Source: Planctomycetota bacterium (GTDB lineage Bacteria > Planctomycetota > UBA1135). From it: a stretch of 64,000 nt of DNA. A model generated the notes under the pieces. It made no database searches and was not told where the DNA came from. It saw only the letters and a program-made list of their open reading frames with translations. Position numbers and translations under genes: made by a program. Positions within the stretch are counted from its first letter, which is position 1. Every line of letters begins with the position of its first letter. Positions 57,564-64,000 of this stretch are shown here, in pieces. The stretch lies in the NCBI GenBank assembly GCA_045047305.1, contig JASFYO010000010.1, positions 4,680 through 68,679 on the forward strand, given 5' to 3'.

Positions 57564-59266
57564 GAGGAGGCTCTCTCTTTTTGGAATGACATTTGAGCCT
57601 GCCTCCGGTGGTAGAAGAAATGCAAGGCAGCGAAAATCAGAACTAAAAGTACTGGGGCTAAAACATTGATCCAGGCAATCCAGCGATGCATCGAGCGCTG
57701 ATGCCGCGTGGAATCTCGGTGCAGAATCTCTAAAGCTTCAATTTCCTGGTCCCAGCCACCATGAGCAGCGACATATTCTTCCCCAAAGTCCGTCAAGGGA
57801 CGTGCACGTTTGCCGCGCGAGCGTAAAGCAATTAGGGCAGAATCTTGCGCTACCCAATCCATAAGGTTGGCAGCGAAATCCGCATTACCCTGGGCCCCAG
57901 AGGCGAAGGTCGTGTTGTGAAATAGATCGGCGTCGCCAAGGACAACCAAAACGCCTGGCGCCGGCACCAAATCAGCATGCGCAAATTCAGGAGAGAAAAC
58001 CCCTTCCACGGCAATCGCAAGTGGATACGAAGTAGCGTTACCACTTGCACGTGCGCTTTTATCCATGGCCCTGATGTTGCTCAGATTCATCGCCAGATCA
58101 GTCTCTGCCGGAAGCAGCCAAGATCGCGGACTACTCCGCAAAAGCACATCGGCCTCCAAGCCAGGGGAAAGATCCGCAAATCCGATTGGGTGCGCCCACA
58201 GGGCTAGAACTACCGAAAGGTCCGCGGTCGCCACATGATCCTGCGCCAAGCTAGCGCCCTCGAGTTTCAGGCCTAGGCCATACATCTCATGCAGTGGCAC
58301 TACCTTATTGCCAGTGGAAGTCTTTAGCGTTTGCACACCGGCAGGCACCATGATTCCGTTTAAGTCATAGATAAGGCGGGCATCCGTAGTGATACCGAAT
58401 CCCGCCAACCAAGACTCTAAACCGGTCTGTAATGGGTCCGAATCTAAGGTCGAGGGATCCACTACTTCAGAGTCTTGCAACACCACGACCTTGCCACCTT
58501 CAGCAAGATAGCGGTCGATGAACTCCAGCTTGTTTTGCGCCAAATTGCGCGGCCGTGCAACCACTAATGCGACCAGGTCCTGGGGGATTTCTCCCTCGTA
58601 ATCCAAGTCTAAATCACGCACGGCATAGCGCGCGCCAATGCGACGACGGAATTGCTCAAAGATCCGCGCTGCCGGGATTTGTCGTGCCACACCTGGCATC
58701 GGGCGAGGCAGCGGCGGCTCATCCGAAACAAATCCAATCACTGGCCGCGTAGGACGTAACAACGAAGCTAGGCGCACGGTAAACGCGAACTCAAACTCCG
58801 ATGCTGTGACAAATGGGATTACCTCACTGCGGTCTTGATAGCGCAGTTCCAAGCCCTGGTATTGCAATTGCACCCGAACCCCTGCGAGGCCCTGACCGGT
58901 CAGCTGCAATGGCTCCACCCCCACATGTTCGGCGTCGCGCATGGCTGCAAGGTCAGAGGTCGGATCTACAGTTTCCACCTCGACGTATGCGCCACCAACA
59001 CTTGCGATTTCATCCAACAAATCGGTCATTAAGAGACGTTGCGGTAGCAAGGCCTCCGCTCCCTCAATGTCGCGGTTGAAATATAGCTTGACCTGCAAGC
59101 GGTCCTCAAGCTCATGCAACAGATGGATGGTCACTGGAGCCAAGGAATACTCCCCATCTTGAGTCAGATCGATGCGTACCGGCCGAATTTGCAACAAGCC
59201 CACCACAGGCACCAGCAACAAAAGTACCAACCACAGGGAAAGCGAAGACTGGCGTGATTCTCTCAC
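57560..59266 (-). CDS. GldG-family ABC transporter auxiliary component
   Basis: RIDLTQDGEYSLAPVT, IDRYLAEGG, LVVLGDADL, NADFAANLMDW, LIALRSR; GTG start overlaps the permease stop. Confidence 0.85.
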   Translation of the reverse strand: MRESRQSSLSLWLVLLLLVPVVGLLQIRPVRIDLTQDGEYSLAPVTIHLLHELEDRLQVKLYFNRDIEGAEALLPQRLLMTDLLDEIASVGGAYVEVETVDPTSDLAAMRDAEHVGVEPLQLTGQGLAGVRVQLQYQGLELRYQDRSEVIPFVTASEFEFAFTVRLASLLRPTRPVIGFVSDEPPLPRPMPGVARQIPAARIFEQFRRRIGARYAVRDLDLDYEGEIPQDLVALVVARPRNLAQNKLEFIDRYLAEGGKVVVLQDSEVVDPSTLDSDPLQTGLESWLAGFGITTDARLIYDLNGIMVPAGVQTLKTSTGNKVVPLHEMYGLGLKLEGASLAQDHVATADLSVVLALWAHPIGFADLSPGLEADVLLRSSPRSWLLPAETDLAMNLSNIRAMDKSARASGNATSYPLAIAVEGVFSPEFAHADLVPAPGVLVVLGDADLFHNTTFASGAQGNADFAANLMDWVAQDSALIALRSRGKRARPLTDFGEEYVAAHGGWDQEIEALEILHRDSTRHQRSMHRWIAWINVLAPVLLVLIFAALHFFYHRRQAQMSFQKERASS

Positions 59267-59982
59267 CGCACACGCCTCCGCTCGAGCACCACACCATTGG
59301 CGCATAAGAAAAACACAATGATGCCGAGATAGAAACTCACATGGCCAAAGTCCAGAACGCCGCGGGTTATCGCATGAAAATGATTGCCGAAATCCAGCAT
59401 TAAGAACAAGCGGGCTAACCCCTCTGGCATGGCCTCAGCCATAGATGCAATTCCAATTAGATTGAATCCCATCAGCACCGTCGCGCCAAGCAAATAGGCC
59501 ACGATTTGATTATCAGTAATGGAGGATAGAAATAGGCCAATCGCCAAACTTGCACCGCCAAGGAGCAGGACGCTCAGATAACCACCTATCACAGGGCCCC
59601 AATCTAAATCGCCGAGGACTTCGGCAGTGATCGGCACACCCAAGGTGAAGGCTAAAGCTAATGCGAGAACCGCCCAAGCCCCCAAGAACTTTCCAAGCAC
59701 TAAGTCGCGTAAACGAAAGGGATAGGTAAGCAAAAGCTCTTCCGTCCCAGAGCGACGTTCCTCCGCCCAAAGCCGCATGGTAATGGCTGGTGCAAGCATC
59801 ACTAACAACCACGGCATAGTGGAAAAGAAAGGACGCAGGCTGGCTTCATCTAGGGCAAAGAATGGTCCAGTCAAAAAGAACAGAACCGCCGCCAATCCAG
59901 GAAAAAGTCCAAGGATGACGTATCCAGTGGGCACATCAAACGTGGAGAAAAACTCGCGCTTGGCAATCAGGAGACTCCTCAT
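59263..59982 (-). CDS. ABC-2 permease, GldF-like
   Basis: IAKREF, PAITMRLWAEERRSGTEELLLTYP, LVLGKFLG, SSITDNQIVA. Confidence 0.92.
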   Translation of the reverse strand: MRSLLIAKREFFSTFDVPTGYVILGLFPGLAAVLFFLTGPFFALDEASLRPFFSTMPWLLVMLAPAITMRLWAEERRSGTEELLLTYPFRLRDLVLGKFLGAWAVLALALAFTLGVPITAEVLGDLDWGPVIGGYLSVLLLGGASLAIGLFLSSITDNQIVAYLLGATVLMGFNLIGIASMAEAMPEGLARLFLMLDFGNHFHAITRGVLDFGHVSFYLGIIVFFLCANGVVLERRRVR

Positions 59983-60947
59983 TATTCCGCCTCAACTGGT
60001 AAGTTTTGGAATAAGGATTCCAGGGTTCCGCTTTGCGGGGCAAGTTCAATTAAATCGACACCGCGATCCGCCGCTGCTTGGGCAACGCGGGAAAGGCCTT
60101 CGCAGCCGTCTACCTCAATCAGGGCGCTACAAATCGCGGTATCTGAAAATGGACTTGGACGTTCCTCCAGCAACACGGCGTCGGCCTGCTCCAAAAGTCC
60201 TTCTAAATCACAACTCGCGCAACGAAAAGTCACCCGTGCAATGCACGATCCTTGACCATTACATGCAATGCCTGCGAGCGGTCCATCAGCAACTTTGCGC
60301 CCCTTATGGATTAAAACTACGCGATCGGCAAGGGCTTCAATCTCTGGTAAAACATGACTGGTAATGATGATGGTTTTAGTTTTACCCAGTTCCCGGATGA
60401 GGTTGCGCATCTCCACCACCTGCAACGGATCCAAACCATTGGTCGGCTCATCCAAAATAAGAAGCTGCGGGTCATGCAACAACGCCTGCGCCAAACCCAC
60501 CCGCTGCCGAAAACCCTTGGAGCACTGTCCGATGCCCCTGCGATACACCTCTTGCAATCCAGTCTGCAACACCGCACGCTCAATGGCTTGCTGAGCTGCT
60601 CCAGCGGTTAAACCAAAGGCACTCGCGGTGAACTGCAAGAAATCGGCAACCCGCATATCTAGATAAAGCGGATTATTCTCTGGCAGGTAACCAAAGCGCT
60701 TCTTTACCTCCAAAGGCTCCTTGGCCACATCGAATCCACATACTTCCACCTTGCCGGCGTCGGCAACCAAGTATCCAGTGATCACTTTGATCGCGGTTGT
60801 CTTGCCCGCCCCATTGGGCCCTAGGAATCCAAGAATGGAGCCAGCTGGGACTTCAAAGTCTATACCACGCAGGGCCTTCACTGGACCGTAGGATTTCTCC
60901 AGACCAGTGACGCGCACTACGGCAGAAGCGTTTTCCTTAGGCGACAT
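59982..60947 (-). CDS. ABC transporter ATP-binding protein, GldA-like
   Basis: GPNGAGKTT, GYLPENNPLY, SKGFRQRVGLAQA, LDEPTNGLDP; start MSPKEN overlaps the rho stop. Confidence 0.92.
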   Translation of the reverse strand: MSPKENASAVVRVTGLEKSYGPVKALRGIDFEVPAGSILGFLGPNGAGKTTAIKVITGYLVADAGKVEVCGFDVAKEPLEVKKRFGYLPENNPLYLDMRVADFLQFTASAFGLTAGAAQQAIERAVLQTGLQEVYRRGIGQCSKGFRQRVGLAQALLHDPQLLILDEPTNGLDPLQVVEMRNLIRELGKTKTIIITSHVLPEIEALADRVVLIHKGRKVADGPLAGIACNGQGSCIARVTFRCASCDLEGLLEQADAVLLEERPSPFSDTAICSALIEVDGCEGLSRVAQAAADRGVDLIELAPQSGTLESLFQNLPVEAE

Positions 60948-62355
60948 CGTCCATGGAAAACGCGGCAAGGAACTCCTGGTTCGATGGATATCGAGCCAAA
61001 CGATCAATCAGCATTTCCATTGCTTCGCGGGAGCGCATACGGCTCAAAACACGGCGCAGAATGTTGATTTTGCGCAGAGTCGTGCGCGACAACAAACGTT
61101 CTTCTTTTCGCGTTGCCGTTTGCTCAATCGAAACCGCTGGGTAGATGCGACGATCAGCCAATCGGCGATCAAGGGTCAGCTCCATATTGCCGGTGCCCTT
61201 AAACTCCTCATAGATGACTTGATCCATGCGCGAGCCAGTGTCGACCAATGCAGTCGCTAGGATCGTCAGCGAACCGCCATCCTCGGTGTTTCGCGCTGCG
61301 CCAAAAAAGTGCTTCGGGCGCTGAAACACCCGTGCATCCAAACCACCAGACATGGTGCGCGAGTCTTTGCCGCCCCCCATCGTATTGTTGAAGGCCCGAG
61401 TCATACGGGTAATCGAATCCAGCAAGATCATGACTTCCTTGCCCGTTTCCACTAAGCGTTCAGCACGAAACTGCACCAGTTCCGACAACCGTGCATGATT
61501 CTTCGGTGATTGGTCCATCGTGCTTACGAAGACCTCACCATTCTTGATCGAACGGCGCCAATAAGTGGCTTCTTCGGGACGCTCATCGACCAGCAACACA
61601 ATCAAGTGAACATCTGGATAAAGCGCTTCCATGGCATTTGCCACAGCCATCATCAAAGTGGTCTTTCCAGTACGCGGAGGCGCAACCAGCAAACCACGTT
61701 GGCCGCGCCCAATCGGGCACAGCAAATCCAAAATACGCATGGAGAGTTGGTTCTCTTGCTCAAAGCCTCCCAACTCAAAATGAAAGTCAGGGTCAATCAC
61801 AGTGAGGTTCTTAAACCCACGCTGCTTGCGTAGTTCGTCCACGGTGAAGCCGTCCACCGTTTCAATCGAAGTGACGCGCGCGCTTTGATGACCGCGGCCC
61901 TTCATGCCCTTACCCACAATCAGGGAACCGTTTTTCAAACCATTCCGCTGTACCATTGGCTGTGGAATCATCGGATCGCTTGGTTTTTCGGCGAGGTCAT
62001 TGACTAGCTGACGTAAAAAGCCAGTACCGTCTTTGCGTAAATCCAAGATACCGGAGACCTCTTCGAGCTCACCACCACGAGGCTCAGCTTGAGAACGTGC
62101 GCGCGCTCCTCTTCCGCCACCACCCTTCTGTTCATTGCGTCCACGCGGAGCTTGGCCAGCTTCACGTGGTGCCCTATCTGGGCGTTGACGACGACGGCGA
62201 CGTTGTGTATTTCCGGAGGACTCGCCGGAGGCAGCACCATTTTCTCCACAATCAGGCTTCTCCGCAGCTACGGATGATCCTGGATCTTGGATGGGATTAC
62301 GACGCCTTCGACGACGCCTACGCTTTGCCGGCTGTTGGCTTTGTTCTTCAGTCAT
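60937..62355 (-). CDS. rho: Transcription termination factor Rho with an Arg-rich N-terminal extension
   Basis: GTGFLR, PIGRGQRGLLVAPPRTGKT, LLDSITR, SGG, FFGAARN, IYEEFKGTGNMEL; start taken at MTEEQ (62355). Confidence 0.97.
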   Translation of the reverse strand: MTEEQSQQPAKRRRRRRRRNPIQDPGSSVAAEKPDCGENGAASGESSGNTQRRRRRQRPDRAPREAGQAPRGRNEQKGGGGRGARARSQAEPRGGELEEVSGILDLRKDGTGFLRQLVNDLAEKPSDPMIPQPMVQRNGLKNGSLIVGKGMKGRGHQSARVTSIETVDGFTVDELRKQRGFKNLTVIDPDFHFELGGFEQENQLSMRILDLLCPIGRGQRGLLVAPPRTGKTTLMMAVANAMEALYPDVHLIVLLVDERPEEATYWRRSIKNGEVFVSTMDQSPKNHARLSELVQFRAERLVETGKEVMILLDSITRMTRAFNNTMGGGKDSRTMSGGLDARVFQRPKHFFGAARNTEDGGSLTILATALVDTGSRMDQVIYEEFKGTGNMELTLDRRLADRRIYPAVSIEQTATRKEERLLSRTTLRKINILRRVLSRMRSREAMEMLIDRLARYPSNQEFLAAFSMDDVA

Positions 62356-62371
62356 TGGGACTCCAAAGAAT

Positions 62372-62518
62372 GGCCGTGAAATACGACCGTCGGATCCAAA
62401 CGGGTAAGGGTTTGATGCAAGGGAGAAATACTCCCTGCCCAGCATCCCTCGGTATAGCGTTTTGCCAGGTTTCGCTTCGCCCTTCAGTGGGCGGCGTACT
62501 CTGGCTGCTATCGGACCC
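62372..62518 (-). ncRNA. Candidate structured 5' leader of rho
   Basis: Nested complementary segments forming two long hairpins enclosed by an outer stem (details under findings). Confidence 0.4.
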
Positions 62519-62599
62519 AGGTCAAGTATAGAAGACTCTTTCCTTCCGTTACCAGCCCCAGGAAGGTTTTCCCCAAGGTTTTTTATTGTTTTGAGCTGC

Positions 62600-64000
62600 T
62601 TAACTGCCCAAATCCACGAAAACCCCGCCATTATCCTTGGCTAAATCCTGGATAAAACTGCTGGGGAAGTCACCAATGGCGATGGTATGGATGACAACGC
62701 CGCGGAATCGGTTGATTTCTCGAATGGCATTTTCAATGTCCTGGGTGTCGACCAACTCCCCTACCGTCGGCTTACCGTCCGAGAGGAAAAACATGGTATC
62801 TGCCACCTTTTCGGGGTCTTTACCTGCCACTTCGGTCATAGGACCTCGCTTTTTGGGGTCGGGACTTACACCCAAACCAGCTAAAAGGCCGGCATAGGTG
62901 TTGGTGCGACCATCCTCCATCTTGGAGGAGCCGCGCAATCCCGCCGACGCCATGGCCGATGCCTGGCCGCCACCAATGGGCTTCAACTTGCGAATCCATG
63001 CGATTGCACTTTTCTTGTTCAAAGCATTGGCTGGTACTGGCTTTTTGCGCCATGGATGTACTTTGCTGGCAAAACTATAGATGTTAAACACCACATGCTC
63101 GCCAAGCTGATCGATCGAGCGCGAAAGCTCTTCTTTGACGATAGCTAACTTAGAAAACTGAGTAAATCCACGCTCGCGGAAGGAATCGCGATTGATGATT
63201 TCCTCCTCCATCGACCCCGAAACGTCAATCACAAAAACGATCTGGCGACTACTAGTTTTCACACCCATGAAATCGGCTTCGGCCTTGGGAGTAAAATACT
63301 GCGCATTCGCTTTCGCTCGAGCTTCACGACGGGTAGCGATTTCCGCATCGGTTGGGATGGTGTATGTCGCTTCCACCTGAGTCCACCAACCACGCCAAAT
63401 CCCTGGATCGTCATTAAATGGTTGGTCTGTGATCTCAACCAAAGTAGGCCATAGCAACTCCACAATGCGGCCCTCACCCTCTTCTAACAGCCGAATCAGA
63501 GGTCCAATCGCTTCCTTGGTGCGAATAGTGCGCAAGCCAATGCAGGCTGCTGTGCTCACCGAAGTACTTTTATCATCCAAGGCGGCCACCAAAGGCGGGC
63601 CGGCTTCGGCTTCGCGTCCGCGCCCCAAAAGCACCAAGGCCTGAACCGCAGCAGCGCGCACCAGGGTGTGATCATCTTCCACCACCATGAGGCCTACCTG
63701 TGGCAAAGAATCAGCATCGTGGATGGTGCCGACAGCCGTGACCGCCCACAGGCGCACGCTGTCATCACTATCTAAAAGGTAGGGACGGACGACTCCAGAG
63801 AATTCGGTCCAACGACCGTCGGCAACAGCGCGCAAAATTGGAGCGAAGTAGTCACTCTGCTTGGCCTCGAGGAGTACCTCCTTCAGAGGAATTCTCGACT
63901 TGGAAGAGGGCAACTGCGTAATCACGCTCAAAGCAGCCTGTGCACAGAGCGGCTCCTTATCCTTCAAAATCTTGAGTAGGACCTTCGGCACACTTGGGTC
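62600..64000 (-). CDS. HEAT-repeat plus VWA domain protein (5' end outside the window)
   Basis: HEAT repeats (DDSVRLWAVTAVG, HTLVRAAAVQAL); MIDAS motifs VIDVSGSM, GRTNT, FLSDGKPT, IHTIAIG. Confidence 0.85.
   Translation of the reverse strand, partial: DPSVPKVLLKILKDKEPLCAQAALSVITQLPSSKSRIPLKEVLLEAKQSDYFAPILRAVADGRWTEFSGVVRPYLLDSDDSVRLWAVTAVGTIHDADSLPQVGLMVVEDDHTLVRAAAVQALVLLGRGREAEAGPPLVAALDDKSTSVSTAACIGLRTIRTKEAIGPLIRLLEEGEGRIVELLWPTLVEITDQPFNDDPGIWRGWWTQVEATYTIPTDAEIATRREARAKANAQYFTPKAEADFMGVKTSSRQIVFVIDVSGSMEEEIINRDSFRERGFTQFSKLAIVKEELSRSIDQLGEHVVFNIYSFASKVHPWRKKPVPANALNKKSAIAWIRKLKPIGGGQASAMASAGLRGSSKMEDGRTNTYAGLLAGLGVSPDPKKRGPMTEVAGKDPEKVADTMFFLSDGKPTVGELVDTQDIENAIREINRFRGVVIHTIAIGDFPSSFIQDLAKDNGGVFVDLGS

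Noticed and set aside
62455..62510. T-box or lysine riboswitch, suggested by the AGUA internal loop
   Set aside because: No T-box UGGNACC antiterminator or lysine-riboswitch core was found, and the opposing strand is AAA rather than GAA
62356..62631. 92-aa N-terminal extension of Rho in the ORF track
   Set aside because: It overlaps the upstream gene, is not protein-like and coincides with a structured leader; ATG 62355 is the more plausible start
1..64000. tRNA, rRNA, CRISPR arrays, IS elements, prophage
   Set aside because: None recognised by eye; intergenic gaps are short and lack repeat-spacer or cloverleaf patterns. A tRNAscan or Infernal run would be needed to exclude them formally

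Overview
64 kb of gene-dense bacterial chromosome, probably from a diderm Planctomycetota-like organism (inferred from HEAT/VWA proteins, a prenyltransferase-repeat protein, a multiheme cytochrome and an ArsC-type selenoprotein; not proven). It carries housekeeping genes (phosphomannomutase, ltaE, smc, nrdR, mnmE, yidC, nadD, hisS, gluQ, guaA, guaB, aceE, rho) and three metal-acquisition loci. These are an Fe3+-type ABC transporter followed by a pentaheme cytochrome, a Zn/Mn ABC operon with an outer-membrane barrel, and an Hmu-like TonB receptor/CobN/ExbB/DUF2149 operon. Five observations stand out. (1) An 88-aa His/Cys-containing leader ORF ending in the RAPP ribosome-arrest motif, followed by a hairpin, heads the Zn/Mn uptake operon. 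(2) A UGA-recoded UxxC selenoprotein with a SECIS hairpin is missed by the ORF track. (3) An intact but catalytically stripped class III RNR (NrdD) homologue with two ATP cones lies between nrdR and smc, under an NrdR box. (4) A secreted acidic repeat protein shares its repeat with the sensor domain of the adjacent histidine kinase. (5) The rho leader is highly structured. Two pseudogene scars are present. No tRNA, rRNA, CRISPR array or mobile element was recognised. All calls come from motif recognition by eye; no database searches were run.
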